This document shows positions 13,243 to 26,064 of a DNA stretch of 64,000 nt, in pieces (positions within the stretch are counted from its first letter, which is position 1; the number at the start of each line of letters is the position of its first letter). The DNA is from Squalus acanthias (Eukaryota): positions 135,348,001 to 135,412,000 of the forward strand of contig CM059431.1 of assembly GCA_030390025.1 (NCBI GenBank), given 5' to 3'. A program made the position numbers and the translations under genes. The notes under the pieces were generated by a model that was not told the origin of the DNA, did not search any database, and saw only the letters and a list, made by a program, of their open reading frames with translations.

Positions 13243-14929
13243 TAAGTCTTTTGTAGAAAACTTCAGTTGTTCATTGAACTGTTTGTTACCTTTACAATAC
13301 TGTGTAACTAAAATTCTGCACTGGTAGAATCTATAATATATTGTGCTGGATTTTGTGGTTAACATCAAATGAATGGCAGGAGCTGTTCATTACACTTGCA
13401 CTTTCCCATACATTCTCAGCCAACTATCGAAACATCGGCGGCACCCTCTACAGAGCATCTGTGATTTGTGTGAACAGGGAAAGCAACTGAGTATCTCCTT
13501 AACCAATCAGATTGTAAAATCGTTAATGAGCACCGCAGAGTCTGAACCAGAAGTGTTGGGTAGAATATTGAATTCAATGTCAAATCAGGTACAGAAAGCG
13601 AAATAGAGAGGGGAAGAAAAATTGGATTAAGAGAGAGACGAGAGACAGAAAGAAAAAGTAAAATAAATCTTTTATTTTTTTTTACTTTTTAAAATCACCA
13701 ACAATAATTAAAATCTGAAGGAATGAGACTCCACACTTGTAAAAGTTAATTTTGAGTTCCAGAGAGGCAGTTTGGCAAAAATTAAGGCTTATCACGCCAA
13801 TAACAGGGTACTTGCATCTGAGTAGACAAGCTCTAACTTTTTATGGTGAGTTTAGTCTGTATCTATGAGGTAAGTACAGCAGCTTCACACCGTTCAATAT
13901 ATTTGAATGGTGAGTCAGACAGCGACATTACGTTTTCGGGAGGGTTTTGCAAGAGCAGGGCATCTCGGACAGCAACTTCCGTATTTTCACGTTTACCTGC
14001 GCATGTGTGGTCACAGGAAGTTGCTGTCCGGTTTCCACGTAAGCAATGGTGAGCACTGTTAGCCTCACTGATATTTCTACTGCAATATCTGGCCTATAAG
14101 GTAATGAATACCCTGGTAACCGAGTGCAAAAAATAATTCTCTTATTCCTACCACGTGAACAGTGCTTTTTTTAAAAGAAAAATCTTTGTTGAAAAAAAAA
14201 TCTTGTTTTTTGCTGCCAATAATTTGGAATTTGGTGCCGACAGTGCCATTGGGCACTGGTGACCCAGATTAGCAGGCACTATTGTCTCTGGCCTTTCCGG
14301 ACTTGTTTTGCTTTTGGCCAAAAAATTTGTCATTACGGCCCCAAAACATATTTAAATGAAATAGTGGTCCCATAGTGCATTTAGAGAGCCTGAATAACAC
14401 TCCAGCCACTCACTGCCCATATAAAGCAGGTGCTGGCTGTTAGGCCCGTACAACCATGTTGGAACCTCTTCTTAGAAGGGAGTTGCTTGGTAGTTATTGT
14501 AATTATGTCGTGACAAATTCTGACACTGATTTATTTTGGTTTTACCACTAAAGCAATTATTACCTTGTTAAAGATGGCCACCAACTCCCATTCAGACTCT
14601 CAATGGCAACTGGCCCTGGCTCTGGAGGACAAAGACAGGTGTATTTACACCTTAGATGCTCAAGACTTGGCTACCCTTACCACACCACTTATGTATACAG
14701 GCCATGGCAATCTTGCCTGGATATGTCTGGGGAGAACTGCAATTGGAGACTTTGATTCAGACCTGAAACCAGATCTTGAAACCAAGTGAGTTCCGCCTTG
14801 AACGTTTTTGCCACTGATTCTTTCCAAGTAACAAAGGAGGTAGCTGTCAAATCTCCCAACCATTGCACATTTGCATCATACAAGTGACAGATGCATTATT
14901 TGCCCAGGCTGGGGATTTCATTTTCTTTT

Positions 14930-16630
14930 AGTTCATTCTCGTGGTGTGGGCATCAATGACAAGTTGGCCTTGAGAAGGTGAGCCTTCTTCTTGAATCGCT
15001 ACAGTCTGTGTGGTGAAGGTACTCCCATAGTGCTGTTAGGGAGGGAGTTCCAGGATTTTGACCCAGTGATGAGGACAGATCGGCGATATATGTCCAAGTC
15101 AGGATGGTGTGTGACTTGAAGGGGAACCTGGAGTTGATTATGTTCCCATGCACCTGCTGCCCTCGTCCTTCTAGGTGGTAGAGGTTGCGGGTTTGGGAGG
15201 TGCTATCGAATAAGCCTTGGTGAGTTGCTGCAATGCATCTTGTAGATGGTAAACACTGCAGCCACAGTGAACCAGTGGTGGAGGGAGTGGATGCTTGAGA
15301 TGGTGGATGGGGTGACGATCAAGCGGGCTGCTTTGTCCTGGATAGCATCAAGCTTCATAAGTGTTGTTACAGCTGCACCCATCCAGGCAAGTGGAGAGTA
15401 TTCCATCACACTCCGCACTTGTGCCTTGTAGGTGGCAGAGAGGCTTCGAGGAGTCAGAAGGTGAGTCACTCACCGCAGAATACCCAGCCTCTGACCTGCT
15501 CTAGTAGCCACAGCATTTATGTGGCTGGTCCGGTTAAGTTTCTGGTCAATGGCAAGTCCCAGGATATTGATGGTGGAGGATTTGGTGATGGTAATGCCAA
15601 TGAATGTCAAGGGGAGGTGGTTGTACTCTCTCTTGTGGGAGATCGTCATTGTTTGGCACTTGTGTGGCGCAAATATTACTTGCCAGTTATCAGCCCAAGC
15701 TTGGATGTTGTCCAGGTCTTGCTGCATACGGGCATGGACTGCTTCATTATCTGAGGAATTGTGAATAGAGATGAACACAGTGCAATCATCAGCAAACTTT
15801 TGACCTTATGATGGAGAGAAGGTCATTGATGAAGCATCTGAAGATAGTTGGGCCGAGGACACTGCCCTGAGGAATGCCTGCAGCGATGTCCTGGGGCTGT
15901 GATGATTGGCCTCAAACAAACACAACCATTTCCTTTGTGCTATCTATGACTCTAGCCATTAGAGAGTATTCCCTCTGATCCCCATTGATCAAGATTGTGG
16001 GTTCAAGTCCCAATCCAGGGACCTGAGTACAAAAATCTGTGCTGCCACTCCAGTGCAGTGCTGAGGGAGTGCTGCACTGTCGGAGGTACCATCTTTCAGA
16101 TGAGATGTTAAACCGAAGCTCCATCTGCCCTCTCAGGTGGACGTAAAAGATCCTATGGCACTATTTCGAAGAAGAGCAGAGGAGTTATCCTCGGTGTCCT
16201 AGCCAATATTTATCCCTCAATCAACATCACTAAAACACATTATATGGTCATTATCACTTTGCTGTTTGTGGGAGCTTGCTGTGCACAAATCGGCTGCCAT
16301 GTTTCCTACATTACAACAGTGACTACACTCCAAAAAGTACCTCATTGGCTGTAAAGCACTTTGGGACATCCGGGGGTCGTGAAAGGCACTGTATAAAGGC
16401 AAGTCTTTCTTTCTTTTGACTTCAGTTTTACTAGGGTTTACTAGTTTTGGAGCACAGGTCTTCAGCACTACAGCCAGGATGTTGTCGGGAATCGTAACCT
16501 TTGCTGCATCCAGTGCATTAAGCTGTTTCTTGATATCACGTGGAGTGAATCGAATTGGCTGAAGACTGACTTCTGTGATGGCGGGGACCTCAGGAGGATG
16601 CCGAGTAAGGATCATCCACTCGGCATATTT
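14930..16630 (-). mobile_element. CR1-clade LINE RT/3' fragment (second family)
   Basis: ORFs with MQQDLDNIQAWADNWQVIFAPHKCQ, YKAQVRSVMEYSPLAW, AVVLKTCAP. Confidence 0.85.
15990..16418 (+). mobile_element. DeuSINE (SacSINE1-like)
   Basis: Colinear with the 768-1846 copy, including the Deu core and tail. Confidence 0.85.
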
Positions 16631-17417
16631 CCCTATATAAACCAACCAGCAATACAAAAGGCTGGGTTTTCCAAAGTGAAGGGCATTATTGATGCCATTA
16701 AGATTCCCGAGAATATCCTGGCTGTAGTGCTGAAGACCTGTGCTCCAAAACTAGCCATGCCGCTAGCCAAGCTGCTCCAGTACAGCTACAACATTGGCAG
16801 CTACCTAGCATTTTGGAAAATTGCCCAGGTATGTCCTGTCCACAAAAAGCCTGACCAATTAATATGACCATATAGTTTCCAACCCCTAATGCCACTGCCT
16901 TCATGAACAAAAAGGGATTCCACACCATGAATGTGCAGTTGGTCTATGACTATAGGTACAAATTCAGGCACATTAATGCCAGCTACTCTGGTGGCTGTCG
17001 TGATTGTTTTATTTTATCGCAGTCGATGATACCTCCATTATTTCAAAGGCCCTCAAGACTATTTGAGTGGATGCTTGCTGTGGGACAAAAGCTATTCACT
17101 GGGGTCAGGCTCAGAAATAGGTAATACATGAAGAAAGATAAATGAGGCATATAATGGAGCAGACTATGTTAAAGCAAAGTCTCAGAGGCCTCCACTGATT
17201 AGGGGGAGTCTTGCAGTATAGCGAGGCCAAGCTATTTAAGATCATTGCAGCCTGCTGCACTTTACACAATTTTGGGTATTGCCATAAAACAGGTAGAAGA
17301 AGGGAGGAAGTCTGAACAGTGGCAGAAGAGGACCCAGACCATGAGCCAGAATAGATGTCTGCAGAACCAACCATTCACACAAGTACAGTCTTAAGCTAGG
17401 TTCTAATGGACATTTTC

Positions 17418-19470
17418 ATAGAATCATAGAATGATACAGCACAGCCCATTGTGCATGTGTCAGCTCTTTGGTTGAGCTATCCAATTAATTCCACTCCTCT
17501 GCTCTTTCCCCATATTCCTGTAATTTTTTCCCTTCAAGTATTTATCCAATTCTCTTTTGAACGCCACCATTGAATCTGCTTTCACCATCCTTTCAGGCAG
17601 TGCATTCCAGATCACAACACGCTGTGTAAAAACTGTTTACTCATGTTGCCTCAGGTTCTTTTGCCAATCACCTTCAATCTATGTCCATTGGTTACCAACC
17701 CTTCTGCCACTGGAAACAGTTTCTCCTTATTTACTCTATCAAAACTGTTCATGATTTTGAACACCTCTATCAAATCCCCTCTTAACCTTCTCTGCTCTAA
17801 GAAGAATAACCCCAGCTTCTCCAGTCTATCCACATAACTGAAGTCCCACATCCCTGGTACCATTCTAGTAAATCTCTTTTGCACCCTCTCCAAGACCTTG
17901 ACATCCTTCCTAATGTGTGGTGACCAGAATTGAACACATTACTCCAGTTGAGGCCGAACCAATATTTTATAAAAGTTTAGCATAATTTCCTTGCTTTTGT
18001 ACTCTTTTCCTCTATTAATAAAGCCAAGGATCCCATATGCTTTTATAACAGCTTTCTCAACTTGTCCTGCCACCTTCAAAGATTTGTGTACATACACAGC
18101 CAGGTCTCTCTCTTCCTGCACTCCCTTTTGTACTATTTAGTTCATATTGTCTCTCTCCTCATTCTTCCTACCAAAATGTATCACTTCACACTTCTCTGCG
18201 TTAAATTTCAGCTGCCATGTGTCTGCCCATTTCACAAGCCTGTGTATGTCCTCCTGAAGTCTTTTACTATCCTCATTGTTTACTACATTTCTGAGTTTCG
18301 TATCATCTGAAAACTTTAAAATTATGCCCTGTATATCTAAGTCCAGGTCATTAATATATATGCAAAAGAGCAGTGGTCTGAATACCGATCCCTGGGGAAC
18401 ACCATTGTATACCTCCCTCCAGTCTGAAAAACAACTGTTCACCACTTCTCTCTGCTTTCCGTTCCTTAGCCAATTTTGTATCTGTGCTGCCACTGTCCCT
18501 TTAATCCCATGGGCTGTAATTTTGGTAGCATGTTTATTATGTGATACTTTGTCAAGCGCCTTTTTGAAAGTCCATATACACAAACATCAACCGCACTATC
18601 TTCATCAACCCTGTCTGTTACTTCATCAAAGATCTCGATTAAGTTAATCAAACAGGATTTGCCTTTAACAAATCCATGCTGACTTTCATTTATTAGCCCA
18701 TACTATTCCAAATGCCAATTCATTTTGTCCCGGTTTACTGTCTCTAAAAGTTTCCCCACGACCGATTCTAGGCTGACTGGCCTGTAGTTGTCGGGTTTAT
18801 CCCTCTCCACTTTTTTAAACATGGGTGTAATGTTTGCAATCCTCCAGTCCTCTGGCACCACCTCCATATGCAAGGAGGATTGGAAGATTGTGGCCAGAGC
18901 CTCCGCAATTTCCACCCGGCCTGGTGACTTATTTCCTTTGAGGACTGCCAACTTTTTAAGTACCTCTTTATTTATTTTATTCTATGCAATATTGCCTCCT
19001 CCTTTATTGCTACATTGGCAGCGTCTTCTTCTATAGTAAAGACAGATGCAAAGTACTCATTTAGTACCTCAGCCATGCCCTCTGACTCCACAAGAATGTT
19101 TCCTTTTTGGTCCCTAATCGGTCCCACCCTTCCTTTGACTACCCTTTTACTATTTATATGTTTATAAAAGACTTTTGGGTTCCCTTTAAGTTAGCCACTA
19201 AGCTATTCTCATTCTCTCTCTTTGCCTCTCATCTTCCATTTTTTAGATTGCCTCTGTACTTTCTATATTCAGCTTGGTTCTCAACTGTATTATAAACCTT
19301 ACAATTATCATAAGCCTCCTTTTTCTGTCTTAATTTAAACGCTATACCTTTAGTCATTCATGGTGTTCTTTGGATGCGCTTCCTTTTCCCCTCACAGGCA
19401 TGTGTCCACTCTGTACATGAATCATCTCTTCTTTCAAGGCCTCCCATTGTCTTGCATACAAATGTTTGCA
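17418..19470 (-). mobile_element. CR1 LINE, 5'-truncated, decayed ORF2
   Basis: (CATAGAAT)n tail; RT motifs PEDWRIAN, NYRPVSL, GVPQGSV, FSDDTKL across frameshifted ORFs. Confidence 0.92.
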
Positions 19471-22400
19471 AGGCCATCTGCAGTCTCCCCCACTGAAAGT
19501 CAGCAACCTTCCACCAGCTGCAGCCACTGGGGCAGCACTGCATAGAAGCACTAGGACAGGCAAAGGCACACTCAGGACAGTCACTAAGGGAATGCACAAG
19601 GGTGATTCATTGATTTTTTGATTTAATATTTGATGTATAAAGTTGGATTGGAATCTTTGCTTTGTGATGGCTTTTATTTCAGCATTGTGGCCAAGAGGGC
19701 ACTGTGATGGTCATTAACAGAGGGAAGGTAAGGTATGGGACAAATGTTGAAAGAGGAATTGGGGTTGCATTCACTCGTACTGCAGGCAGATGATTTGATC
19801 CCAGATATCCCGACCAGAAAGGTCCAGGGTTGCCTCCTGACTTCCGCATCCTCTCCTGCTCTTCCGCATCCTCTCCTCCTCTTCCGCATCCTCTCTCCTC
19901 TTCCGCTTCCTCCTCTTCCGCTTCCTCCCAAGAACATAAGAACAGAAGAATTAGGAGCAGGAGTAGGCCATACGACCCTTCGAGCCTGCTCCACCATTCA
20001 ATAAGATCATGGCTGATCTTCGACCTCAACTCCACTTTCCCGCCCAATCCCCATATCCCTTGATTCCCCATGAGTCCAAAAATCTATCTAACTCAGCCTT
20101 GAATATACTCAATGACTCAACATTCACAGCCCTTTGGGGTAGAGAATTCCAAAGATTCACAGCCCTCTGAGTGAAGAAATTTCTCCTCATCTCAGTCTTA
20201 AATGGCCGACCCCTTATCCTGAGACTACGCCCCCTAGTTCTAGGCTCTCCAGCCACGGGAAACAACCTCTCAGCTTCTACCCAGTCAATCCCCCTTAGTA
20301 TCTTATATGTTTCAATGAGATCACCTCTCATTCTTGTAAACTCCAGACAGTATAGGCCCAATCTCTCCTCATAGGACAACCCTCTCATCCCAGGGATCAA
20401 TCTAGTGAACCTTCATTGCACCGCCTCTAAGGCAAGTATGTCCTTCCTCAGATAAGGAGACCAAAACTGTGCACATTACTCCAGGTATGGTCTCACCAAA
20501 GCCCTGTACAATTGTAGTAAGACTTCCTTACTCTTGTACTCCAACCCCCTTGTAATAAAGGCCAACATGCCATTTGCCTTCCTAATTGCTTGCTGTACCT
20601 GCATGCTAACTTTCTGTGTTTCCTGTACGAGGACACCCAAACCTCTCTGAACCCCAACATTTAATTCTTTCTCATCATTTAAAAAATATTCTGTTTTTCT
20701 ATTCTTCCTACCAAATTGAATAACCTCACATTTCCCGACATTATACTCCATCTGCCACCTTAATGGCCAGTCACTTAACCTGTCTATATCCCTTTTCAGG
20801 CTCTTTGTGTCCTTCTCACAGCTTACTTTCCCACCTAGCTTTGGATCATCACCAATCTTGGATACATTGCACTTGCTCCCTACATCTAAGTCATTAATAT
20901 AGATTGTAAATAGCTGAGGCCCAAGCATTGATCCTTGAAGCAACCCACTAGTTACAGCCCGCCAACCAAAAAATGACCCGTTTATCCCTACATTGTTTCC
21001 TTTCGTTAACCAATTCTCTATCCATGCTAATATATTAACCCCAACCCTGTGATCTTGCATAGCAACTTTTTATGTGGCACCTTATTGAGTGCCTTTTGGA
21101 AATCCAAATATACTACATCCACTAGTTCCCCTTTATCTACCCTGCTAGTTATATCCTCAAAAAACTCTAATAAATTTGTTAAACATGATTTCCCTTTCAT
21201 AAAACCATGTTGACTCTGCCTAATCCTCCTTCTCTTCCTCCTCCTCCTCTTCCTCCTCCTCCTCCTCCTGCTCCTGAGCTCGTGGCCGTATCCCTCATGG
21301 CAAGGACTGTGCCCTCATGATGGTCAAGTTGTGGGTGATACAGCAGACCACCACGAATCGGGAGACACGTTCAGGTGAGTACTGTAGGGCTCCTCCAGAG
21401 CAGTCGAGACAGTGGAACTAATTGCTTCAGCACCCCAATGGTCTTCTCTATGATGTTTCATGTGGCAGCATAGCTCTCATTGTACACATGCTGGCCACGT
21501 GTGTTTGGGTTGTGGAGCGGAGGCATGAGCCTGGTGGTAAAGTGATAGCCCTTGTCGCCCAGTAGCCACCCTCTGGTTTGTCGTGATGGTGCAAAGACTG
21601 AGGCAACAGCGGGCTGGTGCATAATAAAAGCATCATGGTTGCTGGCAAGATACAGGGCATTCACCATCGTGATGTACTGAGCATGGTCACATACCAACTG
21701 CACATTCAACGAGTAGAAACCTTTGCGGTCACAGTACATCTCAGTATTTATATACGGTGCCCGCAAAGCCATATGCATGCTGTCAATGGCGTCCTGCACC
21801 ATGGGTAAGTTTGCTATCATGGCAAAGCCACATGTATGCTCCGTCTGCTTCTCTCTGGTCAGATAGAAGACAATGAATTCCCCTCTCCTGGCATAAAGAG
21901 CATCTGTCACCTCTATTATGTAGCTGTGGATGGCGAACTGTGAGATATTACAGATATTGCTTGCTCCTGCCTGGAAGGATCCTGATGCGAAGAAATTCAG
22001 GGCCACGGTCATCTTCATCCAATGGCAGTGCTGTCCTTGCCCTGGTGTGAGGCTGCAGGTCTGGTTGCAAGAGGTGGCAGAGTTCTGTGAGCACCTCCTT
22101 CATAAAGCACAGATGCCTCACACACTGCTCCTGGCTCAGGCTGAGGTAAGAGAATTGCTCTCGGAAGACCCTAGGTGGGTAAGGCTTCCTGCTGAGAGGC
22201 CTTCTCCCCCTCTTCCTCCTCCCCCAGTGAGCAACTTGTCCTCTTCTTTGCTGCCTCTGCTCTATCTCCATGTCATGCTGCAGGCCAAGGGGGATGACAA
22301 CTAGAGCCCCCATGACTGGGACAAGTGGTCTGACTAGAACCCTTGAATCCAGAAGCAAGGCCTTCTCCACTTGCAGCACCACTCCCTGTCAGCTCACCAA

Positions 22401-22821
22401 CTTTAAATAACACTAGTAATCTCCAAACACTTTCACAAACTTACGCAGAGCCAGTGGAAGTCAAAAAGCAAGTTACCTGAAAGTTGTTGATGATCCCTTT
22501 AAATATCGCTGGTCGGGGGTCCTTCCTGCTGCTGAATGCATGTTCAGCTGTGTGAGGTTAAGACAGGGTGTTAGTTCCAGCGATGACGACGAAAGTGGCA
22601 GCGCTGATGTCAAATTAGCGCTGCATGCTGATTAACGTCACGATCTGCGTATTACCATACGTCCAGCGCACGCTCCTAACGGCCATGCTACGGCCCTCAC
22701 CAAGGTGGCGTCCACACAGTCTGCACCAGAAGTGTGTGCGCGCTGCTCGGACACCATTTTTGACCCAATTCGGCATCCGTAGCGCCCAAACAATGGACGT
22801 AACGCAACCCAATTTCTAGGC
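19471..22821 (-). mobile_element. Harbinger copy: transposase pseudogene (-) plus Myb C-terminal remnant (+), interrupted by CR1
   Basis: ORFs 21948-22382 and 21458-22018 (MGALVVIP.., ALNFFASGSFQ, KGFYSLNVQLVCD, WLLGDKGY); acidic tail split between 21226-21275 and 19840-19930; Myb tail ESQQPSTS at ~19495. Confidence 0.88.
19931..21225 (-). mobile_element. CR1 LINE fragment inserted in the transposase acidic tail
   Basis: AAGAACATAAGAAC tail; ORFs 20476-21060 and 20026-20400 with CR1 RT/C-terminal motifs. Confidence 0.92.
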
Positions 22822-23002
22822 ATTTGTCTCACAGGTGTACACAATTAGCAATAACACTTTTGTCAACAAAATATAGGTGGAGATAATCAGTTGCCTCATA
22901 GAACACAAAACAAAAGTTACAACAGGTGTAATTGAAACATGCTTCCATATTACATAAATACACACACACACCCTACTTTTGAAAAATTAAGGTAAATTTT
23001 AC

Positions 23003-23111
23003 CTCAGCAGAGCTTTTTAAATTTGTCTTCTCTTTTTTCAAAAATTTTTGAAGAAAAGCTGAGCAGGAAGTGTTGGGAGGTGAAGAAAAGGATCTCATCA
23101 GTCGATGCATC
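23003..23111 (-). CDS. Candidate internal host exon (36 codons, unidentified)
   Basis: TTTTTCTAATTTCCCAG acceptor and GAG|GTAAAA donor; open frame MHRLMRSFSSPPNTSCSAFLQKFLKKEKTNLKSSAE. Confidence 0.25.
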
Positions 23112-24155
23112 CTGGGAAATTAGAAAAACTGCATCTGCTCAGGCTGCACATTAGACAGTTCAGTTATTGAGGAAACAAGTGTTGTTTGAAAATTTTCTCA
23201 GAAAGCATTTTGAGCAATTTATGGCAGCCAAATGGCCAGATTGTATAAAATTGTGTCGTGGCACCTTTAACAGTGCCACCTACAGTTATAATTTGTACTG
23301 CAGGTACTTATAATTGGCCCGGATTTTGCAATTGGGATAACGGAAAGGCGAACAGCGCTCACCGTTATAACGATGTAAATCGTACAGAAACTTCAGACAT
23401 GCGCAGTTAAATGTGGAAATCTGGAAGTTGGTGTCAGAGAGACCCTGCTCCTCCACAGGATGCGCTGTAACAGTCCTCGCCGATAGACTCGGCACTGAAA
23501 TCAATGTAATGGCATGAAGTTGCAGTACTTACCCACTAGTTAGAATCATAGAATAGAATCATAGAATGGTTACAGCACAGAAGGAGGCCATTTGGCCCGT
23601 CGAGCCCGTGCCGGCTCTCTGCAAGAGTTCTTCAGCTAGTCCCACTCCCCTGCCCTTTCCCCGCAGGTACTTCTCCAATTCCCTTTTGAAAGCCGCGATT
23701 GAGTCTGCCTCCACCACCCTTTCAGGCAGTGCATTCCAGATCATAACCACTCTCTGCGTAAAAAAGTTTTTCCTCATATTACCTTTGGTTCTTCTGCCAA
23801 TCACCTTAAATCTGTGTCCTCTGGTTCTCGACCCTTCCGACAATGGGAACAGTTTCTCTCTATCTACTGTGTCTAGACCCCTCATGATTTTGAACACCTC
23901 TATCAAATCTCCTCTCAACCTTCTCTGCTCTAAGGAGAACAACCCCAGCTTCTCCAGTCTATCCACGTAACTGAAGTCCCTCATCCCTGGAAACATTCTT
24001 GTAAGTCTTTTCTGCACCCTCTCTAAGGCCTTCACATTCTTCCTACAGTGCGGTGCCCAGAATTGGATTCAGTACTCCAGTTGAGGCAGAACCAGTGTTT
24101 TATAAAACTTCATCATAACTTCCTTGCTTTTGTACTCTATGCCTCTATTTATGAA

Positions 24156-24372
24156 ATTGAGAGGTCGCACAACACCAGGTTATAGTCCAACAGTTTTATT
24201 TGAAATCACAAGCTTTCGGAGCTATTGATCACCCCTTCCTCACCTGAGGAAGGGGCGATCGATAGCTCCGAAAGCTTGTGATTTCAAATAAAACTGTTGG
24301 ACTATAACCTGGTGTTGTGCGACCTCTCAATTTTGTCCACCCCAGTCCAACACCGGCATCTCCGCATCATGA
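24156..24372. mobile_element. Penelope-type palindromic short element
   Basis: 89-bp inverted arms (24154-24242 / 24245-24333); 14-bp TSD CCTCTATTTATGAA at 24142-24155 and 24373-24386. Confidence 0.85.
24240..24281 (+). ncRNA. Minimal type I hammerhead ribozyme motif
   Basis: Stem I TCAC/GTGA, core CTGAGGA (24244-24250), stem II GGGGC/GCTCC, GAAA (24270-24273), palindromic AGCT stem III, CUU cleavage triplet. Confidence 0.6.
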
Positions 24373-25044
24373 CCTCTATTTATGAAGCCCAGGATCCCGT
24401 ATGCTTGTTTAATTGCTTTCTCAACCTGCCCTGCCACCTTCAATGATTTGTGCACATATACCCCCAGGTCTCTCTGTTCATGCATCCGCTTTAGGATTGT
24501 ACCCTTTAGTTTATATTGCCTCTCCTCATTCTTCCTACCAAAATGTATCACTTCGCACTTTTCTGCATTAAATTTCATCTGCCACGTGTCCACCCATTTC
24601 ACCAGCCTGTCTATGTCCTCTTGAAGTCTATCACTATCCTCCTCACTGTTCACTATACTTCCAAGTTTTGTGTCATCTGCAAATTTTGAAATTGTGCCCT
24701 GTACACCCAAGTTTAAGTCATTAATATATATCAAGAAAAGCAGTGGTCCTAGTACCGACCCTTGGGGAACACCACTGTATACCTTCCTCCAGTCTGATAA
24801 ACAATTGTTCACCACTACTCTCTGTTTCTTGTCACTTAGCCAATTATGTGGCACTTTATCAAATGCCTTTTAGAAGTTCATGTACACCACATCAACCGTA
24901 TTGCCCTCATCAACCCTCTCTGTTGCCTCATCAAAAAACTCAATCAAGTTAGTTAAACAGGATTTGCCTTTAACAAATCCGTGCTGGCTTTCCTTAATTA
25001 ATCCACACTTGTCCAAGTGACTGTAAATTTTGTCCCAGATTACA

Positions 25045-25750
25045 GTGGGAAAAATTCGGAATCAACCATTTTGAGGCGCTAACATCGCCTGGACGCTAAC
25101 TTTAGCGCCTGGCGCTAATTAGTGCTGGTGACAGCGAAATTGAGTTTTAGCGCCCAAGGAGGGAATTGGAGCGCAAATCAAACACTCCACTTCCTTCTTA
25201 GGACACTAACGTCGGAGAGCAGGGCGGAGACTTCAGCAGTGCTGCACACTGGGCCGTGCAGCGCTGCCACATTCAAAGGCTCCTTCCCTACCTTAAAGGG
25301 AAGGGCCATCGCTGCAGGCTCTGCAATTTAAAAAGTACCTGCCTGGACCACCAAGGCAGCTGCGATCCCACACGATCAGCCCGGCATTCAAACAGAGTGC
25401 CAGTCTGATCGATCGCGGGCAGGAACCCGCGAAAAAACTAGAAGAGGAAAGGTAAGTTTTGTTTTTTTTACTTACCTCGGCAACCTCGCCTTTAATCATC
25501 GCCCCCGAAGCGGCCGGCCGACCGATGCACGCCGACTGCAGCTGTTGGGGTTTTCGACTGGCGTTGCTGCAGGGGGCGCAAGTCAATTTCGGGTCCGCGT
25601 TGCTACCGGGTCGAGTCGCACGGTGATGACGTCACGATCTCCAGGTGAAGGAGATTGGGGCACAACGCCATAGCGCAGCTGCAAAGCTCCTGCTGAATAA
25701 AACTCCTGGTGGCGCTAATGACAGGCGCAAAAGCACCCAATTTCACCCCC
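25045..25750 (-). mobile_element. Harbinger-family MITE
   Basis: Ends GTGGGAAAAATT / AATTTCACCCCC; repeated TTAGCGCC motifs; interrupts CR1 RT; TSD not clean. Confidence 0.8.
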
Positions 25751-26064
25751 ATTGTTTCTAAAATCTTCCCCACTACCGAGGTTAAACTGAATGGCCTGTA
25801 GTTGCTGCGTTTATCCTTACACCCTTTTTTGAATAAGGGTGTAACATTTGCAATTCTCCAGTCCTCTGGCACTACCCCCGTATCCAAGGAGGATTGGAAG
25901 ATTATGGCCAGTACCTCCGCAATTTCCACCTTTACTTCCCTCAGCAGCCTAGGATGCATCCATCTGGTCCTGGTGACTTATCTACTTTAAGTACAGCCAA
26001 CCTTTCTAGTATCTCCACTTTATCAATTTTTATCCCATCCAGTATCTTGACTACCTCCTCTTTC

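Larger units (their letters stand above)
14700..17390 (+). pseudogene. Old Harbinger transposase, split by LINE and SINE insertions
   Basis: Remnants VTDALFAQAGDF (~14885-14920), AGFSKVKGIIDA (~16660), NKKGFHTMNVQLVYD (16903-), GVLQY..AACCTLHN (~17205-17270). Confidence 0.75.

Noticed and set aside
19840..19930. Independent pyrimidine-rich minisatellite
   Set aside because: It is the Glu-rich C-terminal tail of the Harbinger transposase, continuous with 21226-21275 across the CR1 insert.
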